From NCBI GenBank assembly GCA_014729085.1, contig WJKM01000011.1, forward strand, positions 234,852 through 298,851: 64,000 nucleotides of DNA, in the 5' to 3' direction. Every line of letters starts with the position of its first letter. Positions within the stretch are counted from its first letter, which is position 1. Origin of the DNA: Candidatus Dojkabacteria bacterium. GTDB lineage: Bacteria > Patescibacteriota > Dojkabacteria > B142 > WJKM01. A model generated the notes under the pieces. That model made no database searches. It saw nothing but the letters and a program-made list of their open reading frames with translations, and was not told where the DNA came from. The position numbers were made by a program, and so were the translations under genes. Shown piece by piece: positions 18,384 through 29,148 of the stretch.

Positions 18384-20750
18384 ATGGCTTTAGAAGACCA
18401 ACAGGTTGCACAAGCTTATTTAGAGCAATTAAGTGCTGCACAAAAAGCAGGAAATGAGGCAGGTATACGTATGTTGCTCCAGGAGATGGCAAATCAACCT
18501 CCGGAAGTGAAACGGGCAATAATGGCCATCCCAGAGTTAACATCATTTATTGAGCAATTTGGACGGCAACTTTCTCGTGATAGAGAAGGGAGGCCAATTC
18601 CTGTCCATAGTTTATTGTCATTGCATGAGGATGGAAGGCCTGTTGAAAGAAATGTAGAGCCGGAGTCGAAAGCAGAAGAAGTATACGATGGAAGAGTACC
18701 GATAGATCCAGAGTGGCGCCACGTAGATGATTACCATGGACCGGAACTTGATCCAGATGATGTTTATGCAAATTCTAATTCACGACCAGAAATAGATGTT
18801 AATCAAATTGTAGGAAATAATCCACAAGCGCGTAATATGTTTTTTGGTTGGGGATTATGGCAGGGAGAACATAATGCTTTTGGTTTGAGAGGAGGGGAGG
18901 ATGATTACCCTGTTGAGGTAGAAAACACTGTTTATCTTATTGAGCAATTCGGATTTCGCGAGGGATTAAATGGACGTCAATTTCAGATATATAATAAGGC
19001 GAGAGAAATAATTTTGAGTGAAATTAAACCTTATGGTTATCATGGAGACTTAGTCAATAGACGACCAATAAATATGGAACGTCTTGCTAGGGAATTAAAT
19101 GAACTTGGTGGAGTAGAACAAAATACATTTGATACTATAGTAATATTTTTATTGGGTATGGGAGACGTCCGAAGTGCACTAGAGATGGTATTAAGGGCAG
19201 ACCTATTCGCGCCACCTAGGGGAGCAGAACAGATATCAGTTCCTTCTTCTACCCACAGATTGTCTTCTACTTTTGAAAATGCATTCCAAGTATATAGTCA
19301 CACTGCAAGACGTAATTTCGATGTTGTAATGCATAATTATGCAGAACGTTTGCAAGGTACTGGATTAGCTGGAATATCTGAACATGCAGAGGAAAGGTTT
19401 AAAGCAAATCATGCTAGAGAAAGGATAGAGCTAAATCAATCCAGAAATTTTATAAGCACTTCCTCTATTCACTTCGAAATAAATCAACGTAATTTACGTG
19501 AAAGAATGAATGGTTTATTACAGGAAGATAAGGATCCTGAAGAGTTACGTCAATTTCTAGAAACTAAGGGCAGAGAAATGGCTAATGCAGAAGTTGTAAA
19601 TTTATTGATGAGAGAACTAGAATATAGAATAAATCCTCAGGATTCAGCTGACAGAAGATTTCAAGAAGCTATATCTCCAGATACATCTCCTCGCAGAAAA
19701 ATTAGTGGTTTAAGAGAAAATCAGGTTTCAACAATGCTTTACGATAGGGATTATGAAGAAAGATTATATGATCCGGATTCAATCAATCTATCAGATCTTA
19801 GACAATTACTCAGATATCCCGATAGTTATATTTATTCTCTTAGAGAGGCAATTGTAAGGCGTAATAGGGATTTGCGACAGGAAAGTGAAAGAATTGAATC
19901 AACGACTGTTTTTCGTAATCTTGGAGAAAAGTTAATACCGGGACTTGAATATTTAGGCGCTGTTGCCGAAGATGAGACTTTAGGTCCAATATTAGCAAGA
20001 CAATTGAACGTTTCGATTGAAGAATTACGAGGATCTGAAGATGGAGTTGCGAAACTATATGCACAAATAGAAGAGATGGAAACTTCTACGCAAGAAGCAA
20101 TTGGTGCTTTAGAAGCTCCATTTGTCAGATCGACAGAATTTGTACAAGCAGATAGGGATTCATTATCCCGAATTAGAGAACAATTAGAAACTAGAACAAG
20201 TCAAGTCGCACAAGAGACAACAGCAGAGGGAGAATTAAATGCTTTAGCAGTAATCGAAGAGGATCTTAAAGAGGCTGAAGTGAATATCGAATCAGTTGAA
20301 GAAGAATTAGAGAATTTACAAGAAAAGCTAGAACAGCAACAAATAGAAGAACAGAGGTTTACTTCTATAAGTCTTGAGGCTTTAACATTGGAATCCGAAT
20401 TTGATGAACTCAACCTAGCAGTCGGTGCACTAGGAATTAATGAACAAAGTACATATCTCTGGGGAAAATTAAGTCATATAAGTGAAATCAATAGGGATAT
20501 TTTGGCTAGACAAGCTCGATTTTTTGGGTTGGGACAAGGACGAGCTATAGACAGATTAATTAGGCAGGGGGAGGAAGATTTTGACTATGTAGTGACGCAA
20601 TTACAAAGAAGATTAGATCAGGAAGTAACAAGAATAGGACATGCTATTGATAGAACGCAAGTGAATATCGAAGGAGAAACAACTAAATTGAATAGATATA
20701 CTCAAAGGCGTGAAGGACTGGAAGGATTTAAACAGGATCTGGAATCATAG
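18384..20750 (+). CDS. Large hypothetical protein (788 aa), coiled-coil rich in its C-terminal third
   Basis: Long uninterrupted ORF that looks GC-richer than its neighbours. The C-terminus (EELENLQEKLEQQQIEEQ...) is predicted coiled coil. No recognisable catalytic motif. Confidence 0.45.
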   Translation: MALEDQQVAQAYLEQLSAAQKAGNEAGIRMLLQEMANQPPEVKRAIMAIPELTSFIEQFGRQLSRDREGRPIPVHSLLSLHEDGRPVERNVEPESKAEEVYDGRVPIDPEWRHVDDYHGPELDPDDVYANSNSRPEIDVNQIVGNNPQARNMFFGWGLWQGEHNAFGLRGGEDDYPVEVENTVYLIEQFGFREGLNGRQFQIYNKAREIILSEIKPYGYHGDLVNRRPINMERLARELNELGGVEQNTFDTIVIFLLGMGDVRSALEMVLRADLFAPPRGAEQISVPSSTHRLSSTFENAFQVYSHTARRNFDVVMHNYAERLQGTGLAGISEHAEERFKANHARERIELNQSRNFISTSSIHFEINQRNLRERMNGLLQEDKDPEELRQFLETKGREMANAEVVNLLMRELEYRINPQDSADRRFQEAISPDTSPRRKISGLRENQVSTMLYDRDYEERLYDPDSINLSDLRQLLRYPDSYIYSLREAIVRRNRDLRQESERIESTTVFRNLGEKLIPGLEYLGAVAEDETLGPILARQLNVSIEELRGSEDGVAKLYAQIEEMETSTQEAIGALEAPFVRSTEFVQADRDSLSRIREQLETRTSQVAQETTAEGELNALAVIEEDLKEAEVNIESVEEELENLQEKLEQQQIEEQRFTSISLEALTLESEFDELNLAVGALGINEQSTYLWGKLSHISEINRDILARQARFFGLGQGRAIDRLIRQGEEDFDYVVTQLQRRLDQEVTRIGHAIDRTQVNIEGETTKLNRYTQRREGLEGFKQDLES

Positions 20751-20752
20751 AT

Positions 20753-21941
20753 TTAATTGTTTAAATATGAGCTTTTGATCCTATCCACCACCACCACCAG
20801 CACTATTACTCCTAAAATACCCAGAATCGGATAATAAATTACTTTACTAATTTTTTTATATATATCCTCTTGTGTTTTTTGTGCTGAGGTATAGCTATTG
20901 ATATTCAAATCGGATTCCAGCACAGATATAAATTTATCTACTTCTTCAACCGGTTTGCATCTGCTTAGAGTACAGGTAGCTCCTTCCTCGCAATCTAAGT
21001 TGATGGAGGTTGAACAGTACTGTTCGGCTGGTGCTTTGCAAGATCCATTTAATCCATGGCAGATGTAACCTTCGTCACAAACAAGACCGAACGCGCATCG
21101 GTTTTCTGTACAGGATTCTCCACATTGTGCAATATTTGATTTTGTAAATACCCCTTGTTCAACTTCGTTTATAAATTTAATATTTTGATCTATTCTAACT
21201 GCTACTGCTCTATTCCCAATACTGCAGGGGTTTTCATTTGCCTGGCTTCTTGTTGTTGTTATAGAACTGATAATCCCAACCACTTTGTTCGTTCCTTTTT
21301 CGAAAATTGGGCTTCCGCTGTCACCGAAACATATTCCTCCGTCTTTCCCTTTGAGGGTGAAGGTTTTGCTATTTATATCCTCTACACAAAATTGTGCTTT
21401 TTTTCTGAGTTTGTCAAGCTGGCTTCTTTCGTTGTCATTTTCTGTCTTGCCATATCCCAGCACTTCGAAGTCACAGCCAATTTTAGGACTTCCTACTGTC
21501 GCATATTCTTCAACTTCATAAAAATCACGTGGAAGTTTTATTACCGCAAGGTCGGAGTCGACGTTTTGTCCATTCCAAAGTGGATTTATGACCGTATCTT
21601 GAGCAAGGAAATTCTGGTCTAAGTCGAAGTTGAACAGGGAGTACCCCAAATACGCAGTGATTTTGTCATCGAAACAATGAGCTGCTGATATTGCTGTGGT
21701 ATTTGAAATATAAACAGTACCGCAAATACTTGCCATTTCGTCATTATTGTATGCAATTAAATAGCCTGCATATGGATATTCATTATTTGCAATTTGACCT
21801 CCATAAATAGCGCTTGATTCGTCCGGTGCCGTATCTTCTTGTTTTAATTTAACAGTAAGCGAAAAGATTAAGGCAACTAAACCATATATTAATAGAAACA
21901 ATCCCAGAATTTTTATAATTTTTATATTTTTTCGTTTCATA
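20753..21941 (-). CDS. Secreted/membrane-anchored trypsin-like (S1 family) serine protease with a Cys-rich EGF-like module and a C-terminal TM anchor
   Basis: Catalytic triad context TAISAAHCF (His), DLAVIKL (Asp), GDSGSPIF (Ser). N-terminal signal/TM MKRKNIKIIKILGLFLLIYGLVALIF. Cys-rich stretch CGESCTENRCAFGLVCDEGYICHGLNGSC. C-terminal hydrophobic helix. The ORF track extends to 22027, but the Met at 21941 followed by a signal peptide is the more plausible start. Confidence 0.7.
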
Positions 21942-22180
21942 ATATTTCTAGTTAAGTATATCAATTGGTATTCAAGACTTAAACTTAATATTCTCCCAAA
22001 ATTTATTTTGTTTGCAAATTTGCACACAGGTTAGTTTTTTAAATGAGTGGCTATATAATATCTATATAAGTAAATTAAATATTTTATTCTAATATTAATT
22101 ATTATTGAATATGTATGTAATAAACTTTTTATATTGAATTTGCAAACTGCCTAATTTAAATTATTAAATTTTAGTAAATT

Positions 22181-23473
22181 ATGGAATATTTAGGTGAATA
22201 CAATATAGACCCAGACGGGTCAAATCCTATGGAGGAAGCAACTCTCTTTCAGGAAAACCAGTTCATAGCTTTTGATGACAATCCACCTTCGCTTGTAGCA
22301 AGCGGGGATATAGATGGGGATGGATATCCCGAATTAATTGTTGCTAGTGACCATTCGTCTTCCGACGCATCGACTCTGAGGCTCTTTGAAAACCAGGCAT
22401 CTCCTGATGAGTACTTTCAAAGAGTGTTTGTTGATTCAGGCGTTTTATGGGATCTTGATGCACATGTAGAAGCTATGGAGTTTGCTGATTTCGACCTTGA
22501 TGGAGATCTTGACCTCGTAGTGGGATTAGAAGATAGTCCTGGATTATATTATGAGAATGTCGACGGTGAGTTGGTCATGAGGGATAATGTTGGTCCGGGT
22601 TATGATATAAATTCAATGGAGGTTGGAGATATAAATCAAAACGGATTCGCGGATGTCACTTTTATACAAGATGATGGAGAAATATGGCTTAGTGATTTCG
22701 ATCCGGATAAAGGAGAATTTATTCAGCTACCACATCTTATTGAGCCTGGAGTTACAATTGAGGAAGGTAAAATTTGGATAGATGATATTGATGGAAACGG
22801 TATAGAAGATATAGTCTTAAGAAGCGGATTGGTAAACAACCCAAATTATTATGATGATAATGTAGTTGTATATGGAAGAGAAGATAGTAGTGGTATGATT
22901 CAATGGGATAATGCGCAGTCTTTCGAGTCGGAATTTCCAAGCCGAGAATTTATCGGGGATGTTGGAAACCTGGATACAGATCCTGAGCCCGAATTTATAA
23001 AAGGAAGACTAGATCATGCTGATGCGGGTGAATGGTCTTTATCTTATTATGATGTAACTCCAGATAATGATGTAACTGGAGATCCAACAACCTGGAGTAC
23101 GGTTACACTTTCTGAGCAAGGGTTATTGGACGCCGGAGAAGATCCTAAAGTTGCTTTTTATCATTACAATATTGTTGATGCAGACGGAGAAGGACCAAAT
23201 GATATAGTAGGATCTTGGTATAGTGGAACATCAGGTGTAGGGGATCCACCACCACAATATGCAACTGTATTTTCAAGACCCCAAGAAGGGATCCTAAATA
23301 ATCAGATACTTGAAGGCGGACCTGGCAATAGACCGGTGCTTGCAAGTGATATAGATAATTATGGCATCGACGAGCTTATAGCTACGGATAAATATGGGAT
23401 AAAAACTTACGACAATGATAATGACATTTCGATTAGAAAGTCATTTCAACCTATTATGCCAAAGGCTCAATAA
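22181..23473 (+). CDS. FG-GAP (integrin-alpha-like beta-propeller) repeat protein, highly acidic
   Basis: Recurrent DxDGDGxxDLVV-type loops: DIDGDGYPELIVASD, DLDGDLDLVVG, DINQNGFADV, DIDGNGIEDIVL, DNYGIDELIATD. Confidence 0.55.
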   Translation: MEYLGEYNIDPDGSNPMEEATLFQENQFIAFDDNPPSLVASGDIDGDGYPELIVASDHSSSDASTLRLFENQASPDEYFQRVFVDSGVLWDLDAHVEAMEFADFDLDGDLDLVVGLEDSPGLYYENVDGELVMRDNVGPGYDINSMEVGDINQNGFADVTFIQDDGEIWLSDFDPDKGEFIQLPHLIEPGVTIEEGKIWIDDIDGNGIEDIVLRSGLVNNPNYYDDNVVVYGREDSSGMIQWDNAQSFESEFPSREFIGDVGNLDTDPEPEFIKGRLDHADAGEWSLSYYDVTPDNDVTGDPTTWSTVTLSEQGLLDAGEDPKVAFYHYNIVDADGEGPNDIVGSWYSGTSGVGDPPPQYATVFSRPQEGILNNQILEGGPGNRPVLASDIDNYGIDELIATDKYGIKTYDNDNDISIRKSFQPIMPKAQ

Positions 23474-23496
23474 ATATAATTGAATCTATATGAATG

Positions 23497-23523
23497 AAGA
23501 GGTGCTGAAAAGCACCTCTTTTT
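23497..23523 (+). terminator. Rho-independent terminator between convergent genes
   Basis: AGAGGTGCT-GAAA-AGCACCTCT perfect 9-bp stem followed by TTTTT, 24 nt after the FG-GAP gene stop. Confidence 0.6.
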
Positions 23524-23524
23524 A

Positions 23525-25432
23525 TTACTCTTTAAATATTTTTATTATTTTTGTAAAGACGTCGTCGTACTTGGAATGTTTTTTGTAAAAAACTGGGACT
23601 TGAGTTTTGAAGCTAGAATGATACACTCCGGGCTTTTTAGTTTTTCCTGTCCAGAGACTTGTCCATTCAGTATTGTCAGGGATTTTATATTTAAAATTCT
23701 TCTTGTATGGCGGACATACTAAGATATCTGAACCAAATAAGTATTGATATTTAAATCTTTCTAGATTTTGTGAGTTGTCAAGAATAAAATTAGGCAGATT
23801 AATAAGTTTACTAATATTAGATTTAATATAAGGAGTAATCACTTTCCTAATCCGTGTAATTTTTGTAAAGTAATGAATCATATTTTTATCATAAGTTTGA
23901 ACGTTAGCTTTTGGAAAGCTGCCTTCGTGGGTTCGCATGGTGTGTGTGAATACTCCTAATTCCAGCCATCTTTTCATTAGAATTTTAGATCTAGTTTTCC
24001 AGGGAAGTGTTGTATAACCACCAATATCTACGTGTATGTTTGAAATACCACTTATTGAGCTTGTAATCATTGCTAAGGTAGAGGAGGGTAGACCATCATG
24101 AAGATGGAGGTCGGGAAATTGGTCGCCAGTCCAAAGAGACATTACATATTTTAATGAGTTGATAGTTGCGGATCTTTGGAAAATAAATAGTTCTGGATTC
24201 TCAACTGCGATCTCATAATTCAATTTATTCCAGAGGTAAATATATCTGTGATGAATTTTTGAATAAGAAATATTTTTGTCATAATAATTTAAATTTCCTG
24301 ACATGTGCTCCCCAAAGTCAGCCATCCAACCCGAAAAACCATTTTCGATCATGTTTTCTTTAATTACATTTTTGAACCATTCATAAGCTCTTAGATTAGT
24401 AAGATCCACCATAGCTGATTTAAAAAAAGTCGGGCAGAATATGTCTGTCTTATTATTGTGATCCGAAATTAAGTAGTTTGCATCATGCGCATATTGGTAA
24501 ATTCTTGTATTTGCTTTTATAAATGGATTGATATATCCAAGTACTTTTAAATTCTTATTATTGATTTTATTGATGAATTGTTTGATATCAGGGTAAAGTT
24601 TGTTATCCGGAGTCCATGTCCAATTAACTTGTTGAATAAAAGGCGCCTTAGTCTGTCCGCTCCAATCTTGAATCCAAACAGCATTAATCTTGGCATCGTG
24701 CTTCGTTAGTTTGTTAATCTTTTTATTCACTTTCTTTGTGCCACCTTGAATACCGAGTATACATCCATCAAGAGCCCAGTCTGGTGGGTCTATTTCAGCT
24801 TTTAAGTATTTTTTAAGTAAAAATTTGGGAAGAGTTGGAAATTTTGTTTTTGCAATTATGATTTTATTAAACTCTCCATGTATATTGATTACCGTTTTTT
24901 CTTTTCTAAACTGAAATTCAACATAGCACAATGTATCAACCAAACAGCAATAACCAAGTGAAGATATAAATATGGGGAGGGGTAAGTAGGTTGTAAAATT
25001 ATTTCCAGAGGATCTAAATAATTTGAACACTTTACTAGTGAAATCATTACTTCTCCCAATCCCTTGTTCTTCTGAAAATACAGGAACTTTCTTCCCTTTA
25101 AGGTTTAAGCGAGAGTATTGCTCACCCCCTCCTAAAATAATTTCATTCTTCTTGGCTTTCAATTTTAAGGAAAAAAAATTGATATCTTTTTTTACTTTGT
25201 GAGGAATTAATTCGATTTTTTGGGAATGTCTCTGAACTTCAAGTCTAATTGAATTATTGCTTAAAATATCCTTATTTGCTTCACGGGTTATTTCAAGAGG
25301 TGTGTCGATTAAGCTTTTGGATTCTAGTGTACGAAAGAAGGAACCCCTTTTATGAGCTACTTTTTCTTCAATATGCCCAAATCTAAATGAGCTATTATAA
25401 TTGAGAAGATTTTTTATGTGAACATTAGCCAT
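23525..25432 (-). CDS. Glycoside hydrolase family 31-like protein
   Basis: GWMADFGE resembles the GH31 nucleophile motif (K/W-x-D-F/M-G/N-E, cf. YicI KTDFGE). LWTGDQ resembles the acid/base motif (HWLGDN/WSGDN). Confidence 0.5.
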   Translation of the reverse strand: MANVHIKNLLNYNSSFRFGHIEEKVAHKRGSFFRTLESKSLIDTPLEITREANKDILSNNSIRLEVQRHSQKIELIPHKVKKDINFFSLKLKAKKNEIILGGGEQYSRLNLKGKKVPVFSEEQGIGRSNDFTSKVFKLFRSSGNNFTTYLPLPIFISSLGYCCLVDTLCYVEFQFRKEKTVINIHGEFNKIIIAKTKFPTLPKFLLKKYLKAEIDPPDWALDGCILGIQGGTKKVNKKINKLTKHDAKINAVWIQDWSGQTKAPFIQQVNWTWTPDNKLYPDIKQFINKINNKNLKVLGYINPFIKANTRIYQYAHDANYLISDHNNKTDIFCPTFFKSAMVDLTNLRAYEWFKNVIKENMIENGFSGWMADFGEHMSGNLNYYDKNISYSKIHHRYIYLWNKLNYEIAVENPELFIFQRSATINSLKYVMSLWTGDQFPDLHLHDGLPSSTLAMITSSISGISNIHVDIGGYTTLPWKTRSKILMKRWLELGVFTHTMRTHEGSFPKANVQTYDKNMIHYFTKITRIRKVITPYIKSNISKLINLPNFILDNSQNLERFKYQYLFGSDILVCPPYKKNFKYKIPDNTEWTSLWTGKTKKPGVYHSSFKTQVPVFYKKHSKYDDVFTKIIKIFKE

Positions 25433-26625
25433 TCGGGTTTGAATATCAGAAGGATTCCAAGTACTAACATAATTATACCACCGACAAACCGGGAAACACG
25501 GGAATACTTTCCGTGTATACCAACCATATGCAAAGTGACCATCGCGCTGAAAAAGACAAATAGATCATCAATCATAAAGAAAAATATGTAGATCAATAGA
25601 TAGGCATGATACTGTAATTTTGATAAATCGCTAAGAGTTAGAACTTGTGTATAAATTGCAGGAAGTCCTGCTGAACATACAACCTCAACAAGATTTACAG
25701 AAACTGCTAATGCAGAAATACCAATTAAGGCAATAAGTAGATTCTGTTTCTTTGTGATCTTTTTAAGTTTTTCAAAGAAAGTCTTTCTTTTTTTATTGTT
25801 AGATACTTTACAAGCACCCTCCTTGTTAGTATAGAAATCGTAGAAACTGTATATAGCAGCTCCTAAAGCAACAATACCTATGATTTTTTGAAGCCATCCT
25901 TGATATCCAATAACCTCGAAAAAGGAGAGCCACAGGAACATGAGTATATAGTACATTACAGCCGAAACTACTATAAATACCGTTCCAAGCGTCCACATTC
26001 TCTTTTTATCTTTCATACCAAGCAGAAGACTTATTAGAAACATTAATGCCCACATTGCGCAGGGGTTGAAACCATCTAATACTCCGAGTATTACAGTGAG
26101 TACTGGAAGAGAAAACTGACCAGCGTTTACTTCCCCAATTAAAGGAACATGGAACCTTATGTCTTTAAGTCTTCTTATTTCTTCTTGTGTTTGAATTTTT
26201 TCATAATTTCCATCCTTGATTTCTTCTACAGGATCACGGTATTGGGAAAGATTCAGGGTTTCTTCTAGCAGATTTTCAATTTCCTGTCCTTTGATTGCAT
26301 CTGTGTCGTAACCAACAATAGCCTTGGGGCCGATTATGACGATAGGAACTCCGCGATATCTTTCTCCAATTTTTTTAAGTGATTGCTTGGCAAGTTTTTC
26401 GTTATCGTTTTCTGAGATCTCATAACTTTTCAGTTCTACATGGTCATATTTCTCAGCTAAATTTTCCAGGAATGGCTTTGCTTTATGGCAATGAGTGCAA
26501 GAATTTGACCAAAAGAAATGAAGGTCTATGCTTTTCGATTCCGTCGTATTTTCCTGTGCTTCTACCCAAGTAAAAGAAAATAGTAAACCTACAAAAAGAA
26601 AAAAAATCAGCACAAGCTTTTTCAT
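25414..26625 (-). CDS. Thiol:disulfide interchange protein: N-terminal thioredoxin-like domain fused to a CcdA/DsbD-type membrane domain
   Basis: Signal peptide, then WSNSCTHCHKAKPF (CxxC thioredoxin motif). The C-terminal half has multiple TM helices with GFNPCAMWALMF and VEVVCSAGLPA Cys-in-helix motifs typical of CcdA/DsbD. Confidence 0.65.
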   Translation of the reverse strand: MKKLVLIFFLFVGLLFSFTWVEAQENTTESKSIDLHFFWSNSCTHCHKAKPFLENLAEKYDHVELKSYEISENDNEKLAKQSLKKIGERYRGVPIVIIGPKAIVGYDTDAIKGQEIENLLEETLNLSQYRDPVEEIKDGNYEKIQTQEEIRRLKDIRFHVPLIGEVNAGQFSLPVLTVILGVLDGFNPCAMWALMFLISLLLGMKDKKRMWTLGTVFIVVSAVMYYILMFLWLSFFEVIGYQGWLQKIIGIVALGAAIYSFYDFYTNKEGACKVSNNKKRKTFFEKLKKITKKQNLLIALIGISALAVSVNLVEVVCSAGLPAIYTQVLTLSDLSKLQYHAYLLIYIFFFMIDDLFVFFSAMVTLHMVGIHGKYSRVSRFVGGIIMLVLGILLIFKPEWLMFT

Positions 26626-26737
26626 GCTACTGTGTTTATATATTATTTATTACAATTGACAAACTACTTTATTTTTTCAAATTACATTATACTTTAAACA
26701 CACCAAAGTTTACTAAATAAAATTATAATTCAAATTC

Positions 26738-27736
26738 ATGAAAATAGTTTTTTTTGAGATCCAGGACTGGGAAAAAGAAATTATTCAAAGGCAATTTCCA
26801 GATTTGGAGCTTGAATTCTTTAAAGAACCTCTAACTCAACATAGTATTGAAAAGCTAAAGGCCACTGATATTCTTTCAGTTTTCATCTATTCGAAGATTA
26901 CGAGACAGATGATTCATCAACTTCCAAATCTAAAATTTATTACAACAAGATCCACAGGCTTTGACCATATAGACCTGGAAGCTTGCAGAGATAATAATAT
27001 TCAGGTAGGAAATGTTCCTTATTATGGTGAGAATACGGTTGCAGAGCATACTTTTGGATTGATATTGTCTTTATCAAGAAATATCCATAAATCATATGTA
27101 AGAGTTCAGAGAAATAACTTTTCAACTGAAGGGTTGAAAGGATTTGATTTAAAGGATAAGACCATTGGAGTAATTGGGACAGGAAGGATCGGACTACATG
27201 TAATTAGAATGGCAGGGGGTTTCGGAATGGATATTTTAGCTTATGATATTAATCAGGATGGATTTCTAGCTGAAGTTTTAGGGTTTGAATATGTAGGTCT
27301 AGATGAGATTTTGAAAAATTCTGATGTTGTGACGCTCCATGTTCCATATAATAAGCATACCCATCACATGATTAATCAGAATAATATAAACAAATTCAAA
27401 AAAGGTGCAATATTGATCAATACTTCAAGAGGAGGTTTAATAGAAACTGAAGCATTGCTAACCGGACTAAAAAAAGAGATACTTTCCGGTGTTGGTCTGG
27501 ATGTTATTGAAGGAGAGGAATATATAATTGAAGACAAGCAAATGATTCGTGACGACGAAGAATCCGAAGTGTGGGCCCAGATTGTTAAAGACCAGATGAT
27601 TCTGCATAATGAGAATGTAGTTTTTACTCCTCATATTGCTTTTTATAGTCAGGAGGCCTTGGAGAGAATTTTAGATACAACGATAGTAAATATTAGAAAG
27701 TTTCAAAAAGGTGAATTTACCGATTCCTTAGTTTAA
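26738..27736 (+). CDS. D-isomer-specific 2-hydroxyacid dehydrogenase (D-lactate dehydrogenase-like)
   Basis: NAD-binding GVIGTGRIGLHVIRMA...ILAYD. Catalytic region LHVPYNKHTHHMIN...TSRGGLIETEAL...FTPHIAFYSQEA (Arg/Glu/His triad context). Confidence 0.75.
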   Translation: MKIVFFEIQDWEKEIIQRQFPDLELEFFKEPLTQHSIEKLKATDILSVFIYSKITRQMIHQLPNLKFITTRSTGFDHIDLEACRDNNIQVGNVPYYGENTVAEHTFGLILSLSRNIHKSYVRVQRNNFSTEGLKGFDLKDKTIGVIGTGRIGLHVIRMAGGFGMDILAYDINQDGFLAEVLGFEYVGLDEILKNSDVVTLHVPYNKHTHHMINQNNINKFKKGAILINTSRGGLIETEALLTGLKKEILSGVGLDVIEGEEYIIEDKQMIRDDEESEVWAQIVKDQMILHNENVVFTPHIAFYSQEALERILDTTIVNIRKFQKGEFTDSLV

Positions 27737-27744
27737 TACTTACA

Positions 27745-28857
27745 ATGAAGGAAATACTATCCGTTACACAATTTAATACAGTAATAAAAAGTTTCATACA
27801 GGAGCTGGGTATTTTTAGGGTGAAGGGAGAAATTACAGAACTTACAATAACAAGCCGGAAAGGGGTTTACATGACTCTGTCTGATGGCAAGTCAAATTTG
27901 AATATAAGTGGGTATGCTCCTAAGATTAAGGGGCTTGATATGGTTGAAAAAGATATGAATGTGATAGTTGAGGGTGTTTCTGATATATATGTTCCTTATG
28001 GTAAGTTTTCTCTATCTATACATTCTATTGAACCAGAAGGAGCAGGAGCTCTGGCAATAGCATATGAGAAACTGAAAGCAAAGTTGAAAAAAAATGGTCT
28101 TTTTGATGAAGAAAATAAAATAAGTTTACCCCAATTTATTACCAAAATTGCCTTACTTACAGCGAAAAAGTCTGCAGCATATTCAGATTTTGTAAAAATT
28201 CTACAAGAGAAAAAAGCAGGAATTGAGGTTGACTTTTATCCTGTAACTGTACAGGGACAAAAAAGTGAGAAGAGCATTTTGGATGCTATGGAGAAGTTAT
28301 CTATGAAACAATATGATACCATCGTTTTAACCAGAGGTGGAGGGAGTTTGGAAGATTTGAAAAGTTTTAATAGTGAAAAGATAGCGAAAACAATTTTTTC
28401 TTCCAAGATACCTTACATAGTTGGAGTAGGACATGAGAAAGATGAAAGTATATGTGATTTTGTTGCAGATGTAAGAGCTTCCACCCCCTCTCAATGTGCA
28501 TACTATTTAGTTAATCAGAACAAGAAATTTAATGACAAGCTAGACGAGAAGTTTGTTTTTATCGCTGAATATTTGTTAAATAAGAAAGTGAATCTTTTTA
28601 ATGAATTAATAAAAGTGGAGGTAAACATTGAGAATGTCTTGAATGCAAAGATAACACAAGTTAGGGAGAAGGTCTTGTCTTTCGAAAGAATTTTAAATTC
28701 ATTTGATGTAGCAACAGTTTTGCAAAGGGGTTTTGCCATTGTGAAGAAAAAAGGAGATATTGTAACTACAGTTAATAAATTAAAAAAATCAGATAACATT
28801 CAAATATCCTTACAAGACGGGGATTTAGAAGCGGAAGTTAGTAAAATATTAAATTAA
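27745..28857 (+). CDS. xseA: Exodeoxyribonuclease VII large subunit
   Basis: N-terminal OB fold (LSVTQFNTVIKSFI...FRVKGEITELT...GVYMTLSDGKS). The C-terminal coiled-coil region is followed by a small xseB-like ORF. Confidence 0.7.
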   Translation: MKEILSVTQFNTVIKSFIQELGIFRVKGEITELTITSRKGVYMTLSDGKSNLNISGYAPKIKGLDMVEKDMNVIVEGVSDIYVPYGKFSLSIHSIEPEGAGALAIAYEKLKAKLKKNGLFDEENKISLPQFITKIALLTAKKSAAYSDFVKILQEKKAGIEVDFYPVTVQGQKSEKSILDAMEKLSMKQYDTIVLTRGGGSLEDLKSFNSEKIAKTIFSSKIPYIVGVGHEKDESICDFVADVRASTPSQCAYYLVNQNKKFNDKLDEKFVFIAEYLLNKKVNLFNELIKVEVNIENVLNAKITQVREKVLSFERILNSFDVATVLQRGFAIVKKKGDIVTTVNKLKKSDNIQISLQDGDLEAEVSKILN

Positions 28858-28873
28858 ATTTTAATTAATTAAT

Positions 28874-29059
28874 ATGGCTAAAAAGAAAAAGATTGAAGAA
28901 AAAATTAAAGATTTGGATCAAATAATAGAAATGTTTGAAAGCGGTGAAGTTGGGCTTGAAGAAGGCGTAGAGCATTTTAAGAAAGGGAAAAAAATTATAA
29001 AAGAAATAAAAAACGAATTGGAATCAATTGAGCTTGAAATAAAGCAAATAAAGGAATAG
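28874..29059 (+). CDS. xseB: Exodeoxyribonuclease VII small subunit
   Basis: 61-aa helical protein (FESGEVGLEEGVEHFKKGKKIIKEI) 17 nt downstream of xseA. Confidence 0.6.
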   Translation: MAKKKKIEEKIKDLDQIIEMFESGEVGLEEGVEHFKKGKKIIKEIKNELESIELEIKQIKE

Positions 29060-29148
29060 AAGCTATTATCTACAACTACTAGCTTAAATTCTGGCTATAT
29101 AATCATGACATAACAATTGAGCCTAAAATTGTATATGTTATATAATTC

